A DNA stretch of 64,000 nucleotides from Entomortierella parvispora E1425 (lineage: Eukaryota > Fungi > Mortierellomycota): assembly GCA_020891255.1 (NCBI GenBank), contig BQFW01000002.1:62001-126000 (forward strand), given 5' to 3'. Positions 38,017-50,268 of the stretch are shown piece after piece. The notes below the pieces were generated by a model that worked only from the letters and a program-made list of their open reading frames with translations, did no database searches and was not told the origin of the DNA. Positions within the stretch are counted from its first letter, which is position 1. Each line of letters starts with the position of its first letter. The translations under genes were made by a program, and so were the position numbers.

Positions 38017-40168
38017 ATGGCAACTATCAACCCAACAGGTGTCGATTCAATCATGAGTGACGGTGGAATAGGGTAACCAGATCAACCAGTATTGCCTCCC
38101 CCACCCTCCAGTTCACACCCTCCAACCCTCCAACCCTCCAACCCTCCAACCCTCCAACCCTCCACCCTCCACACTCACACGCACACACCCTTTCCCCTTT
38201 CCATCGAGAAAAACTTGGAGAGCCTGGACTTTGGAGTCATTGAATAATCCATGAAAGAAACACTCATCCAAACGTCTTCTTTTGTCTTGTCTCTTTCTCC
38301 TCTACTACTTTGTTCTTTTTCTCTGTCCTTCTGACTGCATCCAATCCCAAAAAAACGCGCGCCTGCATCATCTAAATTTCTGCATATCACTCCACAAAAC
38401 AACCAAAAAAAAACAACTTTTGAAAAAAAAAAACACTTATAGCCCGCCGACCAGTTCACGCGCATTGTTCATCGCCGAGATCCTAGCCGGGGCCGCCGCC
38501 GCCCTGTTGGTCGTAGCCGTCATTTGTTGTCTATGTTCAGGAGCGGCACGGAAACGGACGACCCAACTGGAGCGAGACGGGCAGGGGGCGACCTTGACGT
38601 ATGTGGACGGGATCCTGGAGACGGGCCGTCAAACGCCGGATGTCGCCCCAGCCTATTCCACCTCGTCGCCCTTGGGCCCCATCAGTCCCGAGGTCATCGA
38701 CGCCCTCAGTCGAGTCTCGATCGAATGCCGGCAAAGTTTCGTCGCTTCGATTCTCTCTTCCAACTCGCTTCAGCAACAATTGGCAGAGGGCACGCACAGC
38801 AGTAGTCAGATCTCGATGGTGTCTTCGTTAGCCGAAAACTATGAATCACCGCATCTGCATACGCACCCACATGCTTTTGCACCCGTGGGCGTCATCTCCA
38901 ACTCGACTTCTCCCAGGTCCTCACGTGTGAGTAGTCAGTATGGGGAAATCCAGTATGGCAACAACAACATCAGCAATAACAACAACAACAGCAATAGTGA
39001 TCCGTTCGGTTCAGCAGGAAGCGAAGCAGGGACGACGGGACAGGACAGAGAAGGAGGAGGACAGGGAGGGGATGGAGGACAGGGAGAGGAAGGAGCAGGA
39101 GCAGGAGAGGAATCTGCAGCTTCCCCTCTGACCCTGTCATCGTTGTCACCGTCTTCGCCGTCCAACATCCCATCTGCTACTGCACTCTTGCAGCATCTTC
39201 AACATCTTCAGCACGAACCCCCACCTCCTTCTTATGACCCTAGCTGGAGAACGGCCCTCATCCTCCCGAACCATGATCCGTCCTACTCCCGGCGGCTTCA
39301 CTGGTTACGGAATCAAAACATGAGCAGGAGCAACAGTCGTGGCAGTGGCAATGGTCATGGCAATGGCCATGGTGCCGGCAGTGGGGGTGGAGGCGATCGA
39401 CCTCTGGCCCGACACAGTTCTGAATCCTATACACGATCCTATACACGCGACGGTTATCTCACTCCACCGCATCGACGTACAGAATCGGTGAGCGCGCCAA
39501 TTATCCGTCAAAGGACGCAGGATCCACATCCCTTGCAGCGCGCTTCCACGCAGCTGCGAACAAGGGCTCAATCCAACAACATGGACAGAGGAGGTCCAGC
39601 TGACCCTCGTTGGCTACCACCACCACAACAACAGCAGTACCCGCCGTCATCATCACAACCACACCCACAACCACACATGCCACCCTTGCAGCGACTCGGT
39701 TCCAGACGCTCCATCTCCTGGACAGGGTCACCCATTCGATTCACACTCACCAGTCCCACGTCCTCGGCGGTCGGTACAACAGCAGGGGGAGCCAGTCAAG
39801 ATGCGCCACACTCCAGGAACCCCTCTAGAACCACCTTCCGATCTCTGATCCAAAGATCCCCCCTCTCTTCGTCTGTGACCGCCCACCATACTACCACCAC
39901 CGCAGTAGCAGCAGTAGCAGCAGCAGCCATGACGGACCCAGGGACATCCGACTCTGAAGAATCCACGGGAGTGGCCTCCTCTGTCTCCAGATCCTACAAT
40001 CCCACACAGCAACCGCCACTAGGCCCCCCACCATCATTACAGCCCATACGCAATTTACATCCGAGACCACCAGGGACAGAGCATGTGTCACTCTTTGGAA
40101 CCGATTCCACAGCAGAGACAAGGGTCGAGATGGTAGAGCCGCTCCCGGACAGCCCGCTGAGCCACTAA
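38017..40168 (+). CDS. Single-pass membrane protein with a juxtamembrane Cys cluster, a PPxY motif and a long disordered tail
   Basis: Exon 38017-38072 (MATINPTGVDSIMSDGGIG; donor gtaacc) splices in phase to the acceptor at ~38440. It is followed by the TM segment ILAGAAAALLVVAVICCLC, a basic RKR stretch and EPPPPSY. Confidence 0.6.
38115..38170. repeat. (CCCTCCAA)n octamer tandem repeat within an intron
   Basis: About 6 visible copies. Confidence 0.85.
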
Positions 40169-40243
40169 TAAAACCTCTTGAACAGTCAAGGACTCTCCGC
40201 CTTTTCCTTTCATCCCTTTCATCCCCTTATTTATTTATTTTAA

Positions 40244-42657
40244 TTAATCGGCGGGTTTGCGAGGTACTATGCTATAGAACTCGTCCTCGCCAAGATATTC
40301 CTGTACATTAATATAGTCTGGAGAAAAGGGGGTATGAGAAAACAAACAAGAGATCAATACTTTTGTTCTAGATCCCAATCATCTGGTATCATCAAAATAA
40401 AATCAAAAAATGACAACATTTTACCTTGACGATAGAGAATCTGCTCAAAGTGCGGCAAGAACTCTTGTCGTGGGATGTAGAGGTTGAACTCTAGAAGCGA
40501 AAAGACCTGGAACTCGTGCTCTTTGATATCCTTGACACTCACATACATGTGCTTGGTCATGGTCTTCATCAGCGTGGCAAACTCTCCTGAGGGTCGTTTC
40601 GGCTCGTTCACTTTGTAGGCTAAAAGCAAACAAACGCCTGAGGATTCCAAGTAGAAAAGAAAAAAAAAAAAAAAAAAGTCGATTGACAATCATGAGTACA
40701 AGTACAATCGCCTCCGAGGGTTCCTGAATTCCATATCAACTCTATCCTTACAGGCCATGAGTTTCCGGTTTTCCTTGTTCACGGGAGAGGGTGTTGATTC
40801 TGTAGAAAGTGAACCACTGTCCTTGCCTCGCCAGCTGCCCTTCATGACCAGTTTTTCAAAGTAGGCATAGGCCAGAGCCGCCGTAGAAATCTCCAAATCC
40901 AGCTCCTCTGAAATAGCCAAGAGATCCGACTTGACTTTACGAATTTTTGAAAGAGTGATAGCTGGATCAATAGTTGGATGTCGAGTCCTGAAGTGCTCAT
41001 TCAATTCACGTTTAAGATCCGAAGGTCGGGTATATTGGATCACGGAGCCCTAAGAGTCCATAGAAACATGAGTTTAGACAGTGGATGTAGCTGCGTCATT
41101 TGAAGCGTCCACTCACTTTACCATGTAGCAGGCCAACGATATCACTGTTCGGTTCTTTCCAGTCTTCAGTTCAGGATCATCCAAATAGTATGGGTCGTAG
41201 GTACTTGAATCTTTGGAGTCCTGGGGTTCTGGTCTAAAGGGTCGAACCAATATAGAGTTAGTGAGGCCATCCATGGCACTAAAGTCTTTCGTCGGAAGAT
41301 GAATAGTTTCTTACTCCAGGGCATTGCTCTGCGTCAAAAGATGAGCAAATGAGTTTGCTTTCCTGCGGATCAGTGCTTCTTTGGTAATCTGTTGAAGGTA
41401 CTCGCGGTCAAATCGTCTCCTCCGGCGCTTGTTGGGTGCCCGGTCGTCGTTATATCGTAGAATAGACGACACTATAAGGGGACTGCCCCGCTGGGTGGTG
41501 AACATGAAAGCGTGTTGACTCAGGTTCTCGCCCAAGCTAACACAGCTGTTGGAAATATCCCCTCCTTTGTAAAAGATGTGGCGTTGATTCTCGTCCTGGG
41601 AATAGACCTGACGAGGCAATATTTGGCCCCCTCCCCTTGCAGTAGATCGACTCGAACGAGTAGTATGGTCGTGAGTCCCTGAGCCTTGGCCGTGACCTGT
41701 GAAACGCCTGTGATGACTGACGGATGGACGCCTAAAGATCTTCTTGACAATGTGGGCTGTCCCGTGAACAATCAACGGTTTGAGCTGAACATGGTCGGAA
41801 ATCGGACTGAGCCAACGGCTTGGAGACTTTTGAAGAGCCAGCTGCCTCTGAGAAAAACCAGATGTGGAGTCGGACGTAGAATCTGCCGTTTTTTCTCTTG
41901 CAAGTAACACGGATAGTAATCCTGATGAAGAGTCCCGACCAGTGCCTCGATTTGGTTTCGATGAGCGTGGAGAGTTGGACGAGAAAGTAGGGGAAGGAAG
42001 GGCTCCTGGACTAGTTGTTTTTCTCTGCCTTCCTGGTCTTCGACCGTGGTCTGTTGACTCCAAGATGTTCGCGCTGCTCGATCTCCTGTTCCTGCCAGGG
42101 CTGAGCGACGGTGAGGAATTAGAACGCTGAAGTGGGATCATTATTTCCGGATGTCCTTGTGAAGGCAAGTCCGCCCTCGAAGGTCTCCGGAGTCCCGTCA
42201 TGTCGTCTATGCCAGAGTCACGCCCCACCCCTGCACCACTCATATTGGTGCTTTCATCCTCATTCGATGCGGTAGCTACATCAGTCTCTCCTGCGCCTCG
42301 GAGGCTGAGCCCAGCTAGAAACGTCGTAGCCATGTCCTCTTTTCGTTGGATATATCCCTTCTTGCCCGCAGAGGATGGTGCGCTTAGAGAAGGTGCAAGT
42401 GACATCTCAGAGCGTGGCATGGTCGCGTCGCCTCCCTGATCCGTGCTGTCAGACTGATCCACCTGTAGGCTATCACGTCTTATAGAGTCTGCCTCTTGTT
42501 CTCCATTCTCCTGCGCGGGACCTGGTGCACTGTTGGCAACACCTGCAGGAGTGTTTGTGGAGGGGTCCAGCTGGATCGTGGACAGGAAAGAAAACGCTGC
42601 CTGCCGGTTTCCTGCCCTACGCCTTACATTCCTTGTCGGGGTTGTCTGAGATGCCAT
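40244..42657 (-). CDS. CABLES-like (Cdk5 and Abl enzyme substrate) protein with a C-terminal cyclin-like fold
   Basis: Spliced YDPYYLDDPELKTGKNRTVISLACYM|..IQYTRPSDLKRELNEHFR..TLSKIRKVK..TAALAYAYFEKLVMK, NKENRKL..ACLLLAYKVNE and EHEFQVFSLLEFNLYIP. The last exon and stop are uncertain (~40244-40275). Confidence 0.75.
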
Positions 42658-44826
42658 TGGATGAGCGTGGGATTCCTCCTGCAAACTCGACGGATGGACT
42701 TTGAGTAGACAGGCGGGGGAGGATATTGACGAGTAATCCTCCGAGGGAAGTCGTCGTGTCGGATGGTCGGTGTTGAGTTCTTTGTTCAGAGGATGCGACG
42801 GTGAGTGTAACAAGACGTTGCATGCATGCATGCACCAGCACCAGAGTCTGCAAACTGCTGCCGATCACGTGAATAAGTGGCTCCGTCACCGAACTTGTAG
42901 TTCACGCACAACCTGACACGCGCCTCTCTCACTTCTACGCGTTGATTGCCACACTCATGTCAACCACTTCTCCATAGCTTTGCGCATTGAGACGCACCTT
43001 CAGGTAAATCCTTGTATGCATGTCCACTGAAGTAGTCTGTGTGGTCCGGCTTGGCAGGGGTGTGATGGATTTGTTGACATTGTCAGATGTCAACAGCCCT
43101 ATCCCCATAGTCGCTTGGCGGCCTTGGGCGCAGGGAGATGGTAGACCGATCCCACTTGACAGCCTTGGGCGCAGTGGGGTTCTGCAATCAAGCAGATCTC
43201 AGTTCCCTCCATGACTGACAGTTATTAACACTATCGCTGTTCGTTTGTTTTACTTCCATTTGCAGTAAGTACTCAGCGCTGTCATGGGCACACAAGAAAG
43301 GAAGCATTGACTCGACGGCTGGAGGTACGCTCTGGACTTACTGTAAGCAGCACTGCATGAAGGAGTCAGTTTGATAACAGCCCTTGATGCGAATGCCATC
43401 ACTTACTTCCATTTTCACTTTCAGAAGACCCTCGAGGACAATGGGTGTGATCGCAGGAAATCTAGGAAGCACATGCTCGTCAATTTCCCTTTGAACGGCG
43501 AGCAGCGCAATAGAAGATCACCCACAGTCTGACAACGCAAAGAGTTACTTCGAGTCAACATGGATCACTTTTTCATTCTACCCTTGTGTGGAGTTTTTCA
43601 TGGGAAAACTGGACCAAAGAGAGGTAATTGATATGGCTTTGCTGACATCTTTTTTTTTTCGAGCCGAATCTAGTCTGGCAAAGGCAGCCAATGTACTAAC
43701 CTCTGTATTGTATATAGCATGCACTCGACAACGACACTGGGACAAAGCTGCAAAAGTAGGAATGAGCTAGACACCTCCCACTGGAGATTAAGGATGGGTT
43801 CAACAAAACTGTCCGTAGGGTAGGCGTAGGCAAAGTGACTTCTCACGCGCAAAAGGTTGAAAAACGCCAAAGATGTGGTTCGAATCGGCCTCTCCTTGAA
43901 GGACTCCCTTTCTGTTCAAAATTCACAGGCCACAAGTTCCTAGACAACGGGATCAAAGTTGCAGTAGAAACCGTCAACCTGCTTCGCCCCTTTACCTCAA
44001 GGAAGGACCAATCTGGAGGAAGCCTCTGCATTATGGCTCAACCTGCCTATTCGATTCGCAACTCGATGACCCCTTTTGCGACAGTGAATACACAGGCAAC
44101 GGTTGGTTCGACAACTCTGACTACAACCTCGACAATGTCGACAGAGATCATTGAAATAAAAAGAATTCATATAGAGCTAATCAAACTGGTTGCATGTATG
44201 AACATCTTTTATGGAAATGGCTTAGAATGTGACTGGAAAGCGAGGAAAGAAGGAGTCGAGGGCAAGAGAACGCCCTGCCAAGGCGCCAAAGAAGAGCGCA
44301 AAGAAGGGAGGCGCTATCAAGGACCCTACCCCAGCCAGAGAGGCGGAAAAGGAGGCGGGAGACAGCGAGGACAGCAATTAAGTTGCCAAGTTGACCCCAC
44401 TAGGACAACACTCATAGGCCCCATGCTGAATATATTGCATCTATCTCTTTTTTTTTCTGTGCAATACCTTCCAGAACTCTTGGACTGATTGACCTGGGTC
44501 CATTGCCACCAAAATTCAAGTTCCTAGGCTGTCACGCGTGGTATTTGATCTATCGCATGTGCTGCATCCCACTCCAGCCAATCCACCAACCACGAAGGAA
44601 TTGCCTGTTTGGGCCAGTCGTCCTTCGAAAGCTCACTTGCTCTTTTGCTGCACACACTCAACGTGCGATCACTCTTCCCCATTGTTGTCTTCTCCTCCTT
44701 CTCCTCCTTCTTCTCCCCCACTCCTCCTTCTCACTCCTCTCCACTCTTCTTGCTCTCGAGTCTTGCTTCTTGACCGCTAGCTCTCTCCTCCTCCTCCGCT
44801 CTTCTCCCCTCATTGTATTTGCCATC

Positions 44827-46887
44827 ATGTCTTTTGCCCGCATGGTTGCCACTGGCGCTCTGCGCAGTGCCCGCTCGCTGACCTCTCTTCCCCGCCACGC
44901 CCCTGCTGCTGCCGCTGCCTTCCATACCGCCTCCAAGCGCTTCCAGAGCGCAGGAGGACAGGTCAAGATCAGCCCTGATGAAGGTAAAGGGCCGTGGTCC
45001 TATCTTTCACCAATTGTTGGTGCTATTTGCCCGGCAAGATCTACTTTCAGAGAAACAGAATGCTAACGCGAATGGAACATCGTATAGACTCCCTCGGTTT
45101 CCAAGTTTCTGAGGTCAAGGATGGCGAGAACACGCGCCCTATTTACATGGATATGCAGGCAACCTCCCCTACCGACCCCCGCGTTCTGGATGCCATGTTG
45201 CCTTACATGACTGAGCTCTACGGAAACCCCCATTCCCGCACCCATTCCTACGGATGGGAGTCAGAGAAGGGTGTCGACCAGGCTCGTGAGGTATAGAGTC
45301 GGCCAAGTTGCCTCAGGATGCTGGACCCAGTGGATTCATTGGGAAACCCAGGAGATGTTTGGCTCTAACAATCTTGTCATCCTCTGAATTATAGGATATT
45401 GCAAAGTTGATCGGAGCAGATTCCAAGGAGATTGTCTTCACCTCTGGCGCAACGGAATCCAACAACACCAGTATCAAGGGAGTAGCCCGTTTCTACAAGG
45501 GCAAGAAGAACCACATCATCACCACTCAGACCGTAAGGATATACCTTGGGCAATTTTTTATCTAATCACTGGATGATCCAGGGAGCACAAGAAAGCCCTT
45601 TCCTTCCGGTTCGTTCCCTTCTAACGAGTTAAGGTTTGGCCCATCATTTTTTTTCTTTTATAGGAGCACAAGTGCGTCCTGGACTCTTGCCGCGTGTTGA
45701 GCGATGAGGGCTTTGAGGTCACCTACCTCGCTGTCGGAAAGAATGGACTCATCTCCATGGACGATTTGAAGGCTGCCATTCGCCCTGATACCGCTTTGGT
45801 GTCCATCATGGCTGTGAACAACGAGATTGGTGTCATTCAGCCTTTGGAGGAGATTGGTGCTCTCTGCCGATCCAAGAAGATCTTCTTCCACACCGATGCT
45901 GCCCAGGCTATTGGAAAGATCCCCATCGATGTCAACAAGATGAACATTGATCTGTTGAGTATCAGTGGACACAAGATCTACGGACCCAAGGGTATCGGTG
46001 CTCTTTACGTCCGCCGCAGACCCAGAGTCCGTTTGACTCCTCTGTTGACCGGAGGTGGACAGGAGCGTGGAATCCGCAGTGGTACTGTCCCTGCCCCCCT
46101 TGCTGTTGGACTTGGAGAGGCTTGCAGAATCGCTACCGAGGAAATGGCCGTAAGTCTTGAGGGGGGTTTTTTTTGGGGGGTTGATGTTACTGGGTGTTTG
46201 ACCATATGACGATTGTCCTTTATTCCGGATATTGCTATATTGCCGAGGCATGGATCAGCTCTTGTTCAGTCTTGCTACTCTTTTTCCAAGCCCTTGGGTT
46301 CTGAGAAAGAGTGGCAGGTCAGGAAAGGGCCCCATTGTCGATGACGGCCTGTGCAGGGGTTCTGATGGTGTATTATTTGCCCCGATATTTGTTTGATCTA
46401 TCAATTGTAACCGTGGAAACTGACGCTCTTATCTTGTACTTTTTTCTGGGATGGCTAGTATGACCACGAGCGTGTCAAGCGCCTTTCTGAGCGTCTTATC
46501 AACGGAATTCAGTCCAAGGTCAGCCACGTCTACAGGAACGGAGATGAAGTCCAGTCATATCCCGGATGCGTCAACTTGTCATTCGCCTACGTGGAGGGAG
46601 AGTCTTTGTTGATGGCTCTCAAGGATATTGCCCTTTCATCAGGATCGGCTTGCACATCGGCCTCTTTGGAGCCTTCATACGTTCTCCGTGCTTTGGGTGC
46701 TGAGGATGATATGGCCCACAGTTCTATCCGCTTCGGTATTGGCCGTTTCACCACTGAGGAGGAGATTGATTTTGTCATCTCGCGCGTCGTTGCTCATGTT
46801 GACAAGTTGAGAGAGATGTCTCCTCTTTGGGAGATGGTCCAGGAGGGTATCGATATCTCCAAGATTGAGTGGGCACAGCATGCCTAA
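44827..46887 (+). CDS. NFS1: Mitochondrial cysteine desulfurase (multi-exon)
   Basis: Arg/Ala/Ser-rich presequence, [38 protein letters not shown]-lysine motif [16 protein letters not shown], catalytic [17 protein letters not shown] and the C-terminal [18 protein letters not shown]. Confidence 0.97.
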
Positions 46888-47063
46888 GTATGAACCAACA
46901 TTGCCAACACTACTACCAACCATTACCACCATTACCACCATTACCAACTATCCAGTCCTGCTACACTAGTTTTTTGTTCACTCGCCCGTTATAAAAAAGT
47001 GTTTCTTTCAATGCAATTTTATTATGGGGGAGAGCCATGGGAATGATAAATGAAATGCGTAAT

Positions 47064-49253
47064 TTAGGTAGACTTTTTGGGGCGTAACTTGATACCCTTC
47101 TGTTGTTGCAAAAGCTTGGCTTGAGAGGCTGGAAGGTGAAAAGGGAAGAAAACAAGTCAGTCAACATGAACAGGCCACAGAAAAAAGAAAAAAAAAAAGA
47201 AGCAGATCGGGTCCTTACCTCTGATAAGCTCGGCATCCTCGTCGGCATTGAATGAGATCGACTCCTCCTCGGCAGTCTTGGAACCGTTCGACTTCTTTCC
47301 GCGCGAGCGCTTGCCAGTCTCCTCTGTGATGGGTGTAAACTCTTCCTCCTCATCCAAATCGACATTGTCCTCCTTCTTGGGAATCTTATTGCTGATCTTC
47401 TTGAATTTGGCGACATAGAATCCATCCATGTTGTGCATATGAGGGTAGTAACGGCGGGTCAGACTGATCGAGGGGTGGAAAACCTTTTCCCTGAAGCGAG
47501 TGAAGCCCTCCTTTCCGAAATCCAATCCAGTCGACACCAACTTGACGTTGGGACGCTTCTTGAGCGCGTAGTTGACCACATCCTCGTTCTCGTCCACAGT
47601 CACTGAACAGGTCGAGTAGACAATGTATCCTCCAGTCTTGCTGCCAGCGTCCACAGAGTCGATGGCGCTCAAGATCAACTGCTTCTGAAGTTGAGACAAC
47701 ATCTGGAAATCCTGCTCAGACTTGTTGGTCTTGACCGAGGCATCCTTGGAAATAACACCGGTACCGGAGCAAGGGGCATCCAACAACACACGGTCGAATC
47801 CTCCAATGACACCGGGGAACTCACGACCGTCATAGTTGCACACGACGGCGTTCTTGACACCCAAACGATGGATGTTGGCCACCAATGACTTTGTACGGTC
47901 CTTGTTGGCATCGTTAGCAAAGACCATTCCAGTGTTCTTCAACAACGCGGCGATATATGTACTCTTTCCACCGGGAGCAGAGGCCATATCCAAAACTCTC
48001 TCGTGTTCCTGGGGAGCAAGGGCCATCACGGGCAAGAATGAAGAAGCGGCCTGCAACATGTAGTGTCCAGCCAGGTATTCGGGGGTAGCACCAATTGGGA
48101 CAGGCGAGTCAAAGACCTGAAGTCCGACCTTGCTCCACTTGCCGACGGGGTCCAAGTTCACACCACGGTTGATCAAAGCCTGGGCCAATTCACGACGACG
48201 GGTTTTGAGAGTGTTGGTACGGATAGTGACAGGGCGGGGGACTTCGTTAGCCTCGAAGAACTCGATGGCTTCAGAGACAGGGAAGATGTAGAAAAGCTTC
48301 TCCATGAGGTATTCGTTGTATCCGTAGTAAAGGCAGAGATCCTTGAGCAATTGAGCAATGTAGTCGTTACGGGATCTAGAGAGAGGCAAGGCATTGTTGG
48401 TTAATATCTGGAGAGCAAGGCGGTGAGCTCAGTGTATGGTCCTTTAAGCTTGATGTCGAACATGTACCTGTTGCCCTCGCGCATCTCTCTGAAGTTGTTG
48501 AGGACACGGACAATCTCCTGAATACGAGCCTGAACAACCTGGAGATCGGTGCTTTGAAGGATCTCGTGGTCATCGCCGGGCAAGACGTATTTGTCGTTCT
48601 CGAGCATGATGTTGGTCTGCAACTCGGCCTCGGCCTCCTCAGCCTCAGCCTTGGCAGCAGCGTCGAGTTTCCTGGACTTTGCCTCCATATCATCATCGTC
48701 ATCAGAGTCCTCGCTGTTGCTGGCAAAGATGTCCTCCTCATCCTCTTCCTCCTCCTCGCCTTCCTCCTCGTCCTCCTCATCAGAGCCGAACATGGCAGTG
48801 CCTGGTGCCTTGGACTCTTCGTCTGACTCGGCAAACTCATCACCAAGGAAATCGTCGTTCAGAGCTCCAACCTCAATGTCAGATCCCTCTTCAGCAGAGA
48901 CAAACTCATCGTCCTATTGTCATTCATGGATCCATATTAGAAATTGCGCATCCAGGACACGGTCATAACAAGGTAAAATAAAGTGAAAGAGTTACCATCT
49001 CCTCGACCTCGCTATCGCTTTCGTCAACAGCACCGTAGGCCCAGGACTCATCGTCCTCACTGTCCTCCTCGACAGCCTTGGCAGCCTTCTTGCCAGTGGC
49101 CTTGCCAGCGGCCTTGCCGGCAGCAACCTTGGCCTTCTTGGCCACGGGCTCCTTGACGGGGTTCACTTTGCGCTTGTTGTTGGCGTTCTTTTGGGGAGAT
49201 GAGACGGGGGAGGCCTTGGCAGCACCCTTTTTCGTAGCAGGTCGGCCAGCCAT
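47064..49253 (-). CDS. NOP2: 25S rRNA m5C methyltransferase (multi-exon)
   Basis: EYLAGHYMLQ, VLDMASAPGGK, DRVLLDAPCSGTG, YSTCS and DGFYVAKFKK. Acidic N-terminus. The last exon (ASQAKLLQQQKGIKLRPKKST*) ends at 47064. Confidence 0.95.
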
Positions 49254-49617
49254 TGTTGTGTAGATGTGGATGGGGATGGAACGGGGGGTGATGGGGGAGG
49301 GTAGATGCAATGGGTGAATGACAATGGGCGAAACGAGACTTCTTCGAGGGACTTCTTGTTGAGGCTGGGGTTTTTTTTTCTTTTTTTCAGCTTCGTAAAC
49401 AAAGAGGGCCGATCAACAGTCACCTCTGCCGGACTTGCGGGCGCTTTATCACGTGATCCAAACCATCCTGAAAAGTGCTGACGTCGACACCTTTGACCAA
49501 TCAGAGGACGATGACAATTTTTTCCAGCTCAATCCGCTCTCCCTTTTTAGTGCAGGCGGCCCGCGGTTGTTTTTAATCCTCCTTTTCACTTTTGAATCCA
49601 ATCGACGAATTCACAAA
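49254..49617. promoter_or_regulatory. Compact bidirectional promoter NOP2/RPS29 with palindrome ATCACGTGAT (49448-49457) and TGACGTC (~49478)
   Basis: The head-to-head start codons are ~365 bp apart. E-box-like and CRE-like motifs are visible; their function is inferred. Confidence 0.45.
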
Positions 49618-50268
49618 ATGGCTCACAGCAACATCTGGAACTCCCACCCCCGTGGCTATGGCAAGGGCTCCCGCGAGTGGTAAGAATCTCGTCCGCACTC
49701 CTCGCCCCCTCCCGTGCTGTCGACCTCAACCACAACAGCTTCAGGACTACCGGACAGATTCGCCATCCCTGGATGCAAAACAGGATAAATCATCTTTTGG
49801 GATGGGCACCTCTGGGTCTGGATCCTGTTCATGCATGGATGGATCTGATCCCATGGAGAACCTCTGATTCGTTTCCTACAAATCATTCTCAAGGATCCTC
49901 TTCATGGATGGCAAGGGTTCATCGGCTCACAGGATGCAGGATGGAATTTCGGATTCGAAATGATCATGGAAAATGCTTCAATTCAGCTGGGATTACATTG
50001 GCTAATGTTTTTTTCCATCCCATTCCAATAGCCGTGTCTGCACTCACCCCGCCGGTTTGATCCGCAAGTACGGACTCAACATCTGCCGTCAGTGCTTCCG
50101 TGAGAACTCTGCCGCTATTGGCTTCACCAAGGTATGTTTTTTGCTTTTTTTGGCTCATGGATGATCTATTCTTTTTTTTTCCTTGCCCTGAAGATCTGGA
50201 TGAACCAAGTGCCGACCACTGACCCATACTTTTTTTTTCATTCTATCCTCTACCACTAGACCCGCTAA
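49618..50268 (+). CDS. RPS29: 40S ribosomal protein S29 (uS14); 3 exons; missing from the ORF track
   Basis: Exons 49618-49680, ~50031-50131 and 50260-50268 give [21 protein letters not shown]|[33 protein letters not shown]|TR*. Confidence 0.95.

Noticed and set aside
50150-50226. Possible box C/D snoRNA in RPS29 intron 2 (TGGATGA..CTGA..TGGATGA..CTGA)
   Set aside because: The terminal CTGA coincides with the likely branch point (CTGAC), the C box is non-canonical, and I recognise no rRNA complementarity in the would-be guides.
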